Positions 51,893 to 62,866 of a stretch of DNA of 64,000 nt are shown here, in pieces. This DNA is from Ignavibacteriota bacterium (lineage in GTDB: Bacteria > Bacteroidota > Ignavibacteria > UBA10030), in the NCBI GenBank assembly GCA_963769605.1, contig CAVYML010000005.1, positions 1,309 through 65,308 on the forward strand. The letters are read 5' to 3'. The first letter of the stretch is position 1, and the number at the start of each line of letters is the position of its first letter. The position numbers and the translations under genes were made by a program. The notes under the pieces were generated by a model. The model ran no database searches, had not been told where the DNA came from, and saw only the letters and a list, made by a program, of their open reading frames with translations.

Positions 51893-54800
51893 TCAATGGA
51901 CGCGTGCAATTTTCCCTATATATTCGTTTGAGTTATTCGATGAAAGTGACCGGGCAACAATTTTGTAAAGATAAATTCCGTTGGCAATCTTTGCTCCTTC
52001 CGCATCGGTTCCATCCCAAAAAACCTGCACAAAGCGGTTTGTAAGCGCAGCGCTATGAATGACACGAATACATCGGCCTGCAATCGTATAAATTTTAATT
52101 TCCACATCTATGGGATCGATGGAATTTCTTTGAAATGTAAAGATGGTCGATGAAGAAAACGGATTCGGATAGTTAAAGATATTTGACATTGCTGTCTCAT
52201 TTCCCGACTTGACCATAAATGAAATCTGTTCTTGCGATCCATTATTGTAAATATCCCAGGCTTTAACCTGCAAAGTATGGCTCCCTTCCGTCAGGCCTGA
52301 TAATGGATATGTAACGGTTCCCGTTTTATACGTATTGGGATCGCCTCTGTAATAATCGCTCAGAACAATAGTCTCCTCCGGATTAGTTAAATATGCAGTC
52401 ATTTGATGGCCGACGCCGGATGTAGAAGTATTAATACCGCTGGAATCGGACAATTTAACGATAAGTGAAGTGCTGGGAGTTACGATATCGCCCGATTGAA
52501 AAGCAAGATCATTGAGATAGATATTGATACTCGGTCCGGTTACATCGGCAGCAGCGGCAGTGTCTATACCGCTGATCGTAAGCATTTCATTGTAGCCCTC
52601 CGCATCCTTTTTATTCTCAAAAGCATACAAAGAAATACGCGTATTTTGACCGTATGTGACATCCTTCGGAATAGGACCTTTTGCTATGTACGCTCCGTTC
52701 GAAATAGATATGGTTCCGTTGTATAATGCGGAACCAAGCACCTTAAAAGAATCACTTGCGGGGAATCCGTTGAATTTAAGATATCTGTATGCATCAAAGA
52801 TCGTAAAATATCCGGTGCCCGTGAATGTCGTATCCCTTTGTGTATTTTGCATCGCAATGCTTCCCTGTGCCTGCACCAATCCCAATGCTTGGACTTTGAG
52901 CGGCGAATTCGCATTTCTTCCATTCATGCTGTCAATACGTGCCGTCATCCTCGGCATTGCCAAACGCACTGTGGGATCTCCAAATAAATTATATATTTGG
53001 CTGTTCACATCCGTATAAACTTGTTTGACCGCAAGCATTGCATCTCCGAATCTTGGCGGGTTTCCATTCGAATCCTTTAAGAACATATTAGCAAAGAGAT
53101 AATCGTCCAGCTCAATATTGCCAAATTCATCTACTATGCGAGATGCAGAAACTTCCAGAACTGCTCCGCCCTGCGCCATAGTCATCAACAATTCACCCCC
53201 GCTTATAGAAGAAGGATTATCAAATAATCCCCATGAACATGCTGCAACAATGAAGCATGAAAGCTTATTTGCATTCGTCAAACTCGGGATACTGCCGTCC
53301 ACCGTAAAAACTTCCGTATGCGACCAGACCTGATCGTTAGAATGACCTATGTAATTTACAACAAGTGTTCCCGTATTCACGGCATTGATGATGGCAGCTA
53401 TTGCTTCCGGCTTATGCCGTCCTGAAGCGCTCGCAACATCGGGATATTCCGGAAGAAGTATTTTTCTCTTTTCAAATGAATTCGGCGTATAGCTCGAATC
53501 CAAAGTCTCCGTGTACTCGCAATGATACGGCTGCCAAAGAGTTGGATCTCCTGCAAGCATGGTTGCAGTATCGCCGATAATTCTCGTTGCATACTGATCA
53601 TCTCCGACAAAAGTAATGCAATTTCTCCAAACATCCTGGGGGGAGCTGGTTTCATATGTTATAATTTTATTCACAGCCTGCGCCGCATCCGCCGCATTCC
53701 GCGCAGGAATTCTTCCTATAGCCATTGTCGGACGAGAATCTCCATCGATCAGTCGCACAAAATAGTCGTCGCTCACATAGGAATATGATTGATTGATCGA
53801 TTCCTCTGTTTCATACGGAATAATCCAGTTCCTCGCTGTGGTTGCAATATTCCGGTAATCGTAATGACCCTCTCCCAGCAAGAGCACATACTTTGCGTTC
53901 CAATACGTATACGCGTAGTACAAGAAGTTTCGAATGCCGGTTGGATCCTGCATGCCGCCTGAAAATTCTTTAAAAACATCCTGAACGTCAACGACATTTG
54001 TTTTTATCGTATCCGATGTTTCGCGGTATGTTTTCAATTGATTTGCAGCTGTTAAAAAATCAGCCGGAGTAATAATGATCAAGTCGCATGCCTTACTTTG
54101 ATCATGAAGATTATCCGTCGTATTAACACTTGTTATGCTCTGAACGGACTTTAAACCGTTGCTTCCTGTAATTGCAAGTTCCCGGATGTTCCCGGCGGTT
54201 TGCGGCAGAAAAAACTCACATACACCATTGGTGAAACTGAAATTATTCACACGCTGAACGTTGGCATGGTCAGTCACATCAAAAACAAAATCATCACCCG
54301 CCGATACATGAGAGACAGAATATTTAATAAGCGCCGTCGTGTCGGGAGAAGTGCAGAGCAAGAAGTCGTTTGTTGCCGTATAGCTGCTTGAATAAAGAAT
54401 CTCGATCCAATCCAGCCATGCGAGTGCACTTTGATTCGATGTTGAGTATGATATAGTCAGGACACTGGAGCCATTTGGTATTGCTCCCGATAGTGTTTTC
54501 GATACGTCTGTTTCCAGGGCATAATCGACGCTATTGTCGCCGAGTGCATCTTGCGTCATTGCTCCAAGGGGAACGGAACTTACTAATGTGCTGCTATTTT
54601 CAGTAATGTTCAAATAATCAGTTGTCGATGAACGCGCGTAAAAAACAAATCTGTAGAGGATCGGCAAACCAGTTATAAATCCTGGAAGCGTATTTGTATA
54701 CGACGCAGAGGTTGAGTTAGAGCTAAATTGCTGACCAACCCATTCTCTTCCGGATGCGATCAAATTTTGTTTATCTTCCTCCACAAAAACTTTTCCTTGA

Positions 54801-55918
54801 AAACTCGCCGAAAATGCGGCAGAGGCAGTATCCGATACTGCAGATGAAATGACAGACATCGAATCGCCTTCGATGTTCGTCATCGATGTAATAAAATAGT
54901 AATTTGTGTCGGCATAGGGATTGATGTAATGATTAAAAGTTTTCGATGAGTTGTTATATGTCCACCCGCTCGCCGCTTTACCGTAGAAAACGATATAATC
55001 GCCGTTGTCAAATACGCCGTTATTATTTTTATCCACAACCAACCGCTTTATTTCCTGGAGATCCTGGGGATAACTTGCCGATAGACTTTCAGGTGCCGGA
55101 GCGCCGCCGTTGCCGTAGAGATGAATATTCCGTATCGAAGTCCAGAAACTGCTCGCGATGCCGTTGTTTTTAAAAAAGTTATAGTCAAGTTTATACATTC
55201 CGGTTTCTGTCACTCCCAGTCTGTACCAGGTGCCCTGAGAAATCGGCGATGTATAGGAAGCAGCGCTTTGTCCTGTCACTGCATTCTTACGTATTGCATT
55301 TTTTGACTTCACGTTCGTATTTTTAAGCTGGGCTGAGTGCAATACAGCGGCCGCATTGTTGCAATTTAATAGTGCGAGACATTGCATCGAGGCAGGAATC
55401 GATGCTCCGAACGTCAGTCGAACTATGATATTTGAATAAATCTTTACACTTTTTTCATTCAGCTTTTCAACGGGCCGATACACTAAAGTCGCGATAAAAG
55501 AATTTCCACGGCGGACAATGTCCCTGAGATCGACAAGACGACTGTTCGGAAAACCCGATCTAAATATTCTCTTTAGATGTAGAGCCTGGGCCTTTGGAAA
55601 ATTATTGATGGATTCAATACGTGAATCAGCTTTAACAATCGTCACGGTGTATTGTTGAGATGGGAGAAGAAGCGGCACCCGGCGGATAAATCGAAGTTCT
55701 CCTGAATTTGAGTCAATTTCGACGGAAGAGTGTAAGAACGAAAACCATGCATACGATTTTTTATCGATACCGTTCTGTGCATGCTGAACAACATTCGGTG
55801 TAAATTCCAGTGTGATGGAATTCCCGTCTTTCTGAAGAAGCTTGACATCCGAAATGGATTGCGCTATCGTTAGAGATGTGAGAAAAGGAATCAGTATGCC
55901 GACTATGCAGGGTCTCAT
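51893..55918 (-). CDS. porU: Type IX secretion sortase PorU (C25 gingipain-like)
   Basis: GTWYRLGVTETGMYKL, SGREWVG, SDDYF, IGRIP, NYIGH (His) and AACSWG (Cys), LFGDP, KAWD, CTD YPNPF..WDG..NGIYLYK. Start uncertain (55918-55984). Confidence 0.9.
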   Translation of the reverse strand: MRPCIVGILIPFLTSLTIAQSISDVKLLQKDGNSITLEFTPNVVQHAQNGIDKKSYAWFSFLHSSVEIDSNSGELRFIRRVPLLLPSQQYTVTIVKADSRIESINNFPKAQALHLKRIFRSGFPNSRLVDLRDIVRRGNSFIATLVYRPVEKLNEKSVKIYSNIIVRLTFGASIPASMQCLALLNCNNAAAVLHSAQLKNTNVKSKNAIRKNAVTGQSAASYTSPISQGTWYRLGVTETGMYKLDYNFFKNNGIASSFWTSIRNIHLYGNGGAPAPESLSASYPQDLQEIKRLVVDKNNNGVFDNGDYIVFYGKAASGWTYNNSSKTFNHYINPYADTNYYFITSMTNIEGDSMSVISSAVSDTASAAFSASFQGKVFVEEDKQNLIASGREWVGQQFSSNSTSASYTNTLPGFITGLPILYRFVFYARSSTTDYLNITENSSTLVSSVPLGAMTQDALGDNSVDYALETDVSKTLSGAIPNGSSVLTISYSTSNQSALAWLDWIEILYSSSYTATNDFLLCTSPDTTALIKYSVSHVSAGDDFVFDVTDHANVQRVNNFSFTNGVCEFFLPQTAGNIRELAITGSNGLKSVQSITSVNTTDNLHDQSKACDLIIITPADFLTAANQLKTYRETSDTIKTNVVDVQDVFKEFSGGMQDPTGIRNFLYYAYTYWNAKYVLLLGEGHYDYRNIATTARNWIIPYETEESINQSYSYVSDDYFVRLIDGDSRPTMAIGRIPARNAADAAQAVNKIITYETSSPQDVWRNCITFVGDDQYATRIIGDTATMLAGDPTLWQPYHCEYTETLDSSYTPNSFEKRKILLPEYPDVASASGRHKPEAIAAIINAVNTGTLVVNYIGHSNDQVWSHTEVFTVDGSIPSLTNANKLSCFIVAACSWGLFDNPSSISGGELLMTMAQGGAVLEVSASRIVDEFGNIELDDYLFANMFLKDSNGNPPRFGDAMLAVKQVYTDVNSQIYNLFGDPTVRLAMPRMTARIDSMNGRNANSPLKVQALGLVQAQGSIAMQNTQRDTTFTGTGYFTIFDAYRYLKFNGFPASDSFKVLGSALYNGTISISNGAYIAKGPIPKDVTYGQNTRISLYAFENKKDAEGYNEMLTISGIDTAAAADVTGPSINIYLNDLAFQSGDIVTPSTSLIVKLSDSSGINTSTSGVGHQMTAYLTNPEETIVLSDYYRGDPNTYKTGTVTYPLSGLTEGSHTLQVKAWDIYNNGSQEQISFMVKSGNETAMSNIFNYPNPFSSSTIFTFQRNSIDPIDVEIKIYTIAGRCIRVIHSAALTNRFVQVFWDGTDAEGAKIANGIYLYKIVARSLSSNNSNEYIGKIARVH

Positions 55919-56234
55919 GATAATAAAAAAAGCCAGATGAAAGGAACCTTTCCCCATCATCCGGCATACTTGTATAAACGACATACAACATATCGAAGTT
56001 GATAAGGCCGGTTCCTAAAAAAAGCCTGAAAAAAACTCAGGAACAAACCATTCTCAATTTTCGATACGCTCTCCGTAAGAAATTTTCGTTGTTGTAAAGT
56101 ACGCATCTGATAGAACAATGTCAAGCATTGTGCTCGTTTCTCTTTTAATAACGGAATGGGAAGATTTACTTTGCAGATACAATCATTTTTTGGTACCTTA
56201 AATATTAATCTAATATCCACTTGAGAACATAATC

Positions 56235-57719
56235 ATGACGAGACCTTTGAATATTCTTTTTGTATCAAGCGAAGTGGAACCGTTTGCAAAAACAGGCGGG
56301 TTAGCGGATGTTTCCAGTGCTCTTCCCAAGGCTATCAAAGATCTCGGACATGAGATTCGTATTATGATGCCGCGTTATCGGTTTATTGGAGAGCGAAAAT
56401 TTAAGCTCCACGATATCATTCGGTTGAAAGAAATACCAATTCCGATCGGGAACACGAGCATTATAGGGAACGTCAAGTCCTCTTTTATTAGCGACCTTAA
56501 AGAAAAAGTTCAAGTTTATTTTCTCGACAATGAAGGATATTTCGGGCGCGATGGTATTTATCAAAGTCCGACCACCAAAAAAGATTATAAGGACAACGAC
56601 GAACGGTTCATTTTTTTTGCCCGGGGCGTACTCGAAACGCTGAAGCACCTCGGTTGGCAGCCTGATATTATACACTGCAACGATTGGCAAACGGGCCTTA
56701 TTCCCGCTTACTTGAAGACAGTTTTTAAAAACGAGCCTCTCTTGAAGCCTATTAAGACCGTCTTTACGATCCATAATATGGCTTACCAGGGAGCCTTTCC
56801 TCGAGAATCTTTTTTAAAAAGCAATTTGCCAAAGGAACTTTTCGGCCCCGAAGGCGTCGAAGCTTATGGGAACTTCAACTTTCTCAAAACCGGCATATAC
56901 TTTTCCGATATTATAACGACAGTAAGTGAAAAGTATGCCTCAGAAATATGTCTTTCGGACGAAATTGGAGCAGGATTAAGCGGTTTGTTGAGCGTCAGAC
57001 AAAAAAATCTTCATGGTATTTTAAACGGTATAGACCACCATACATGGGACCCATCTGCAGACAACTATTTGTATCGCAAATTTGACAGTAAATCGATTGA
57101 AGCAAAATCGGATAACAAGAGCGCTCTTGTATCGAAACTTGGACTCGATTCTTCGAAAAATCTCCCTCTTCTCGGTTCCATCAGCAGAATGGTGAGTCTA
57201 AAAGGCTTCGATCTTCTCGCCGCCATTATGGAAGATATTCTAAAACTTGACGTTAACTTCGTTATGCTGGCATCCGGCGATAAGGAGCTGGAAAAGAAAT
57301 TCGAGCAAATCCAGAAAAAATTTCCAAATCGATTCAGTCTTATCTTGGGCTATGACGATGAACTTGCGCATATGATTGAAGCAGGCTGCGATATTTTTGT
57401 CATGCCGTCAAAATATGAACCATGCGGTTTGAATCAAATGTACAGTATGCGGTATGGAACAGTTCCTATCGTTCATGCAACCGGAGGATTGGATGATACC
57501 GTCGAAGATTATTCCGGCAGCGGAAAAGGCAACGGTTTTAAGTTTGACAAATACGATACAAAGGAACTCTTGAAATCCATTCAACGGGCATTGAAGCTTC
57601 TTCAGCTGCAGCCTGAGGAATGGAAAAAAATTATGCGGAACGGCATGCTGCGCGATTTCTCATGGGAAAATTCTGCGCGAAAATACCTTAATTTATACAA
57701 GGATCTCTTAAGGCAATAA
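56235..57719 (+). CDS. glgA: Glycogen synthase
   Basis: KTGGLADV, HCNDWQ, TIHN.AYQG, PSKYEPCGLNQ, TGGLDDTV. Confidence 0.95.
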   Translation: MTRPLNILFVSSEVEPFAKTGGLADVSSALPKAIKDLGHEIRIMMPRYRFIGERKFKLHDIIRLKEIPIPIGNTSIIGNVKSSFISDLKEKVQVYFLDNEGYFGRDGIYQSPTTKKDYKDNDERFIFFARGVLETLKHLGWQPDIIHCNDWQTGLIPAYLKTVFKNEPLLKPIKTVFTIHNMAYQGAFPRESFLKSNLPKELFGPEGVEAYGNFNFLKTGIYFSDIITTVSEKYASEICLSDEIGAGLSGLLSVRQKNLHGILNGIDHHTWDPSADNYLYRKFDSKSIEAKSDNKSALVSKLGLDSSKNLPLLGSISRMVSLKGFDLLAAIMEDILKLDVNFVMLASGDKELEKKFEQIQKKFPNRFSLILGYDDELAHMIEAGCDIFVMPSKYEPCGLNQMYSMRYGTVPIVHATGGLDDTVEDYSGSGKGNGFKFDKYDTKELLKSIQRALKLLQLQPEEWKKIMRNGMLRDFSWENSARKYLNLYKDLLRQ

Positions 57720-57838
57720 ATCCATCGCCTTGAAGCGGAGGCAAGCTGCTGTCTTCGAAAAATGCAACAGCTCCTGAGCGCAGCATCAATTTTCGATGCA
57801 TAGACAATCTTTCTTATTCATAGTAATCGGACCTTAAC

Positions 57839-59044
57839 GTGAAGCAACTTTTCCAATTTTACCGAACATGCATTCCATTTGTTTTCTTTTTTTCTTTTTT
57901 TCTTTTTTCATTCGGCTGCGTCGAAGAAGCGAATCCCGTCGGGGCAAATCTTATTCCTAAAAAAGACGCTCAGATTCTTAAAGTTGATACACTATATGCC
58001 ACAGGCCATTCGACTACGTATTTCCCTAGTAATAATTCCGGCACCGATCGTTTTTTTGTTGGAAATTACGGTTCCATTACATCCTGGGGTTTACTGCAAT
58101 TCCAATTATTTGCAGACACCGTTTTCGGCAGGCCGATTCTTTCTGCCAGTGTTCGCTTAAAAGTTATCAGCCATCAAGGCGACTCCCTGGCTGAACTTTC
58201 TTTTGTCCCTTATCGAATGCTGGCCCCTTTTACTGGAGATTCCTTGACGTACGATTCTCTTCAAGCAAATCCGTCATTTTACTACGATCCAACGCCTATG
58301 GGGAAAATTTTCTCGCGTTCTCACATCAACGATACCGAGTATATCGTTTTTTCACTCGATACGGCTGTCGTTCGGCACTGGTTTTTGTCGCTTGCCGATA
58401 CAGTAAACTATGGAATGCTCCTCATGCCGACCAACACCAATGTAATCAAAGGGTTCTATAGTTATAGTGCAGCCGATTCGGCGATAAGCCCCATGCTCAC
58501 CGTAACATGGCTTGATACGCTGGGCATTGTTCAAACATTCCACGATACGATAAGCACATCCCGATATCTCGCGTATATTGACAGCACGTCGCTCAATGTT
58601 AATAGAAAAATGCTGTATGTGCTCTCAGGTGTACCGTACCGTGGAGTCTTGAACTTCGACGTCTCCAAGCTTCCGAGTCCCTGCGTTATTAATAATGCAA
58701 CTCTCTCCATAGCACAGAACACACAGCTTACGCAGCTCAGCGGATATGAACCGGATTCTCTCATGTCCACACAGATCAATGATGACGGTTCGATAGGAAC
58801 TACCTACAGCACAAGCATCGATACGACGTCCTCAGCAGGTACTCCCGGTCATCTTCATGTTCTTTATAAATTGGATACACGGGCGGCAGTGCAAAGCTGG
58901 GTCGAAAATTATATAAAAACACCGAGGATTGAGATACTTGGCTACGGCGAATCTTCTACATTTGATCTGCATGTCATGTACGGTGATACGACCATTTCTA
59001 AGGAACTATGTCCAAAAATCATCGTAACATACTCCATTAAGTAA
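57839..59044 (+). CDS. Lipoprotein, DUF4270-like
   Basis: GTG start, lipobox FSFGC, beta-rich, ends PKIIVTYS; follows glgA. Confidence 0.65.
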   Translation: MKQLFQFYRTCIPFVFFFSFFLFSFGCVEEANPVGANLIPKKDAQILKVDTLYATGHSTTYFPSNNSGTDRFFVGNYGSITSWGLLQFQLFADTVFGRPILSASVRLKVISHQGDSLAELSFVPYRMLAPFTGDSLTYDSLQANPSFYYDPTPMGKIFSRSHINDTEYIVFSLDTAVVRHWFLSLADTVNYGMLLMPTNTNVIKGFYSYSAADSAISPMLTVTWLDTLGIVQTFHDTISTSRYLAYIDSTSLNVNRKMLYVLSGVPYRGVLNFDVSKLPSPCVINNATLSIAQNTQLTQLSGYEPDSLMSTQINDDGSIGTTYSTSIDTTSSAGTPGHLHVLYKLDTRAAVQSWVENYIKTPRIEILGYGESSTFDLHVMYGDTTISKELCPKIIVTYSIK

Positions 59045-59060
59045 ATAAAGAGTCTTTTGC

Positions 59061-60299
59061 ATGCGATACATAAAATTTTTCGGCATTCTTTTCTGTCTTC
59101 TTTGTCCATCCATTGTTTTTGCCGGAGGATCGACATATTCCCGCTACAATATGGGCGACATTCTTCTTTTCGGCGGAAGTCGTTCGTATGCAATGGGAGG
59201 CGCCGGTATTGCTTCTATCGGGAGTGATTTCATCAATCAATTCAATCCTGCTGCTTTATCGAAAATCGCCAATCCTCTTTTAACAGGTTCGTTTGAAATG
59301 GAACACTTTTCCTCGGAATCCGCAACAGGCGACGGGACTTTCAATAGTTTTAATTTCCAGAGTTTCGTAATTGCAATTCCGATCTCTGTCGATAACGGCA
59401 TTGTTCTTTCCCTGGAGGCAACTCCATACAGCAGAGTTGGGTACGCTATAAACAGAACCGATTCTGTCGGAAACAACGCTACGTCGCTTGACAGCTATTA
59501 TGGTTCAGGCGGCATCATGACTTTGGGAGCGGGGATTTCCTATTCCATTTCCGATCATTTCCATATCGGCCTCAAGATCCAAAATTATTATGGAAGTTCC
59601 GATCAATTTGTTGTTGCAAATTATTCCGATACTACTCTCACAAATACAAACTACGAGGCATCTTCTTACTATAACGGTTTCGGCGCCACTTTCGGGGTTA
59701 TCTGGGAGAATATAGGCAATTCAATTGGTATTCAGGCACTCGAACCTTTGACGGTCGGCCTCGTGCTTTCGACCCCTGTTTCTTTAACAACGGACAGCTC
59801 GGTGTATTATCCCTCCATTGATACCTCTACATCGCATTCCGGTTACTCGACGATTCCTCTTTCTGTCGGCCTCGGACTTTGCTATGCCCCCAATGAGCAA
59901 TATCATATTGACGCGGATTTCATTTATCAGACCTGGCAAGGCGCGAAATTTGCAGGTGTGATTGATCCAAACCTGCGGAATGCGTATCGTGCCGCATTAG
60001 GGTTCGAATTTTTACCCAGACTGACAACGGCCTCAACATGGGGACGCACTGCATATCGCTTAGGAGGATATTATTATTCGACCTATTATTATTTAAATGG
60101 TACGGGGATAAATGAAATTGGAATTACAGGCGGTGTTGGTTTTCCGATGAGTTACACCGGAAAAATGGATGTGGGTTTTCAACTGGCAACGCGCGGCACG
60201 ACCAATTCTTCTCTTCAAAAGGATACGATCTTCCGGCTGAATATTTCTCTCTCAGTGACGGAATTGTGGTTTGTTAAATACGAGGATACGGATCAATAG
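59061..60299 (+). CDS. FadL/OmpP1-like outer-membrane barrel
   Basis: STYSRYNMGD, AMGGAG, NPAAL, GSGG, YRLG, ELWF. Confidence 0.8.
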   Translation: MRYIKFFGILFCLLCPSIVFAGGSTYSRYNMGDILLFGGSRSYAMGGAGIASIGSDFINQFNPAALSKIANPLLTGSFEMEHFSSESATGDGTFNSFNFQSFVIAIPISVDNGIVLSLEATPYSRVGYAINRTDSVGNNATSLDSYYGSGGIMTLGAGISYSISDHFHIGLKIQNYYGSSDQFVVANYSDTTLTNTNYEASSYYNGFGATFGVIWENIGNSIGIQALEPLTVGLVLSTPVSLTTDSSVYYPSIDTSTSHSGYSTIPLSVGLGLCYAPNEQYHIDADFIYQTWQGAKFAGVIDPNLRNAYRAALGFEFLPRLTTASTWGRTAYRLGGYYYSTYYYLNGTGINEIGITGGVGFPMSYTGKMDVGFQLATRGTTNSSLQKDTIFRLNISLSVTELWFVKYEDTDQ

Positions 60300-60300
60300 A

Positions 60301-60744
60301 ATGAAAATTGCTATCGGCAGCGACCATGCAGGTTTTCGGTATAAAGAAAATGCGAAACAATATTTTGCAGCGACCAAGGAACATATCTGTATCGATGTCG
60401 GAACAGATTCCGAAGCATCAGTCGATTATCCGGATTATGCCGTACTCGCTGTAAACGCCATTCTCTCCCGGAAAGCTGACATGGGAATTCTTATTTGCGG
60501 AACGGGCATTGGGATGTCTATTGCCGCCAACAGGTTCAAGGGAATTCGGGCAGCAGTATGCGAATCTACATCCGCCGCACGACTCGCGCGTCAGCATAAC
60601 AACGCGAACATCCTCTGCATTGGGGAGCGTTTAACTTCATGGGAAAAGACATTAGATATAATAAAGACATTTTTAGAGACCTCCTTTGACGGCAGCGAAC
60701 GTCATTGCCGTCGAGTGGATAAACTGAATAAACTTCCTCTATGA
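60301..60744 (+). CDS. rpiB: Ribose-5-phosphate isomerase B
   Basis: [33 protein letters not shown]. Confidence 0.97.
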   Translation: MKIAIGSDHAGFRYKENAKQYFAATKEHICIDVGTDSEASVDYPDYAVLAVNAILSRKADMGILICGTGIGMSIAANRFKGIRAAVCESTSAARLARQHNNANILCIGERLTSWEKTLDIIKTFLETSFDGSERHCRRVDKLNKLPL

Positions 60745-60766
60745 TTATTATTTTAATGAGAATAAT

Positions 60767-62059
60767 ATGAGCCTTCGCCAAAACGATCCGGATATATTTA
60801 AAGTTCTTCAAAGTGAAACAAATCGACAGAATTCCAAATTGGAACTTATCGCTTCAGAAAATTTTGTAAGCCTCGATGTCCTTGAAGCCATGGGAAGCGT
60901 TTTGACTAATAAATATGCCGAAGGCTATCCGGGAAAACGTTATTACGGCGGATGCGAGTTCGTGGACATTGCGGAGAACATCGCGCGTGAACGTGTAAAA
61001 CAGCTCTTCGGCGCGGAGTATGCGAACGTTCAGCCGCATTCCGGTTCTCAGGCAAATATGGCGGTCTATTTTTCCTTTTTAAAACCCGGCGATACTGTGC
61101 TTGGCATGAATTTGGCCCACGGCGGTCATTTGACACACGGTTCACCGGTTAATTTTTCCGGACAACTCTATCGCTTTGTTTCCTATGGAGTTTCGCGCGA
61201 TACAGGAGTTATTGATTATGACGACGTTCAGAAAATGGCGCTTCGGGAAAAACCGAAGATGATTACCGTCGGAGCAAGCGCATATTCCCGGAATATCGAT
61301 TATAAAAAGTTTCGCACAATCGCAGATTCCGTTGGAGCCTTTCTCTTTGCCGATATTGCCCACCCCGCGGGTCTTATTGCTGCAAGACTTCATAACGATC
61401 CCCTTCCATCCTGCCATGTCGTCACATCGACGACGCATAAAACGCTTAGAGGACCACGCGGCGGCCTTATTCTTATAGGAAAAGACTACGAAAACCCTTT
61501 CGGGCAGGTTGCACCGAAATCGGGTAGAATCAAAATGATGTCCGAATTAATCGACTCCATGGTCATTCCGGGTATTCAAGGCGGCCCCTTGATGCATGTC
61601 ATCGCTGCAAAAGCTGTCGGTTTCGGAGAGAATCTCCAGCCGTCTTACCGGCTTTATGCCGAACAAATTATAAAAAATGCAAAAACGCTCGCATCTGCTC
61701 TTCGTCAACGCGGTTATTCGATTGTTTCAGATGGAACCGACAATCATCTGATGCTGATCAACCTGCGGTCCAAAGACATTACAGGAAAAGAAGCGCAGGA
61801 AATTCTTGACATTGCAGGCATAACGGTGAATAAAAATGCAGTTCCGTTCGATGATAAGTCCCCTCTTATTACAAGCGGTATCCGTATCGGTACTCCGGCA
61901 GTAACAACGCGCGGTATGAAAGAGCAGGAAATGGAAATTATTGCCGATCTCATCGATGATACGCTCGTCCATCGGAAAGAGACTTCGACAATTTCCCGCG
62001 TAAACGAACTTGTTCATAAACTTTGTTCTCGTTTTCCATTATATCCTGAATTGCGTTAA
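60767..62059 (+). CDS. glyA: Serine hydroxymethyltransferase
   Basis: [36 protein letters not shown]. Confidence 0.98.
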   Translation: MSLRQNDPDIFKVLQSETNRQNSKLELIASENFVSLDVLEAMGSVLTNKYAEGYPGKRYYGGCEFVDIAENIARERVKQLFGAEYANVQPHSGSQANMAVYFSFLKPGDTVLGMNLAHGGHLTHGSPVNFSGQLYRFVSYGVSRDTGVIDYDDVQKMALREKPKMITVGASAYSRNIDYKKFRTIADSVGAFLFADIAHPAGLIAARLHNDPLPSCHVVTSTTHKTLRGPRGGLILIGKDYENPFGQVAPKSGRIKMMSELIDSMVIPGIQGGPLMHVIAAKAVGFGENLQPSYRLYAEQIIKNAKTLASALRQRGYSIVSDGTDNHLMLINLRSKDITGKEAQEILDIAGITVNKNAVPFDDKSPLITSGIRIGTPAVTTRGMKEQEMEIIADLIDDTLVHRKETSTISRVNELVHKLCSRFPLYPELR

Positions 62060-62068
62060 TACAATTCT

Positions 62069-62866
62069 ATGAACTTTTTAAAAGCGGTTATACGAGTTCT
62101 CTTTAAGAAGCGTCACTCCGATGCGAATGGGACTCAGGAAATGAGTTTTTTTGAGCATCTCGAAGAACTGCGCTGGCAAATTATAAAAGCCATGATCGGC
62201 ATTCTTGTTGCTACATGCGTCTGCATTTTTTATGCGGATTTCATCGTTCAGCGTATTCTTCTTTCTCCGATGCGCGCCGTGGGTCTTAAAGCTCAAGTTC
62301 TTTCTCCCTATGGAATATTGATGCTTTATATGGAGGCCATTCTTATTTGCGGCGTCATCATCAGCATGCCGTATACATTATGGTGCCTCTGGAAATTCGT
62401 CACACCCGGACTGCTTCCCAAAGAGAAATATTATATTTCGAAAATCGTCGGTTTCACGTCGCTCTGTTTTTTTGCCGGCGTCGTTTTCGGTTATTATGTC
62501 CTGCTTCCTGCGGCATTGAAATTCTTTTCCGTGTTCGGAACGGAAAATATCGAATTGCACCCTGCACTCGATCAATATGTCAGCTTTATGCTTGCACTTC
62601 TCCTTGGGGCCGGCCTTGTCTTCGAGCTCCCCATGGTTAGTTATTTTCTTTCAAAAATGGGCATTTTGACTCCACCCTTTATGAGGAAATATCGGCGCCA
62701 TGCCATTCTTTTGATTTTAATTATTGCGGCAGTTGTAACGCCGACGCCGGATATGCTTACGCAGACATTGCTTGCTTTGCCGATGGTTTTTCTGTATGAA
62801 GTAAGTATTTTTGTTTCAAAATATTCACAGCCGAAACAATCCAGAAAATCAGACGACCGCACATGA
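62069..62866 (+). CDS. tatC: Twin-arginine translocase subunit TatC
   Basis: EHLEELR, FVTPGL..KE, FELP, TPTPD, LYE. Confidence 0.96.
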   Translation: MNFLKAVIRVLFKKRHSDANGTQEMSFFEHLEELRWQIIKAMIGILVATCVCIFYADFIVQRILLSPMRAVGLKAQVLSPYGILMLYMEAILICGVIISMPYTLWCLWKFVTPGLLPKEKYYISKIVGFTSLCFFAGVVFGYYVLLPAALKFFSVFGTENIELHPALDQYVSFMLALLLGAGLVFELPMVSYFLSKMGILTPPFMRKYRRHAILLILIIAAVVTPTPDMLTQTLLALPMVFLYEVSIFVSKYSQPKQSRKSDDRT

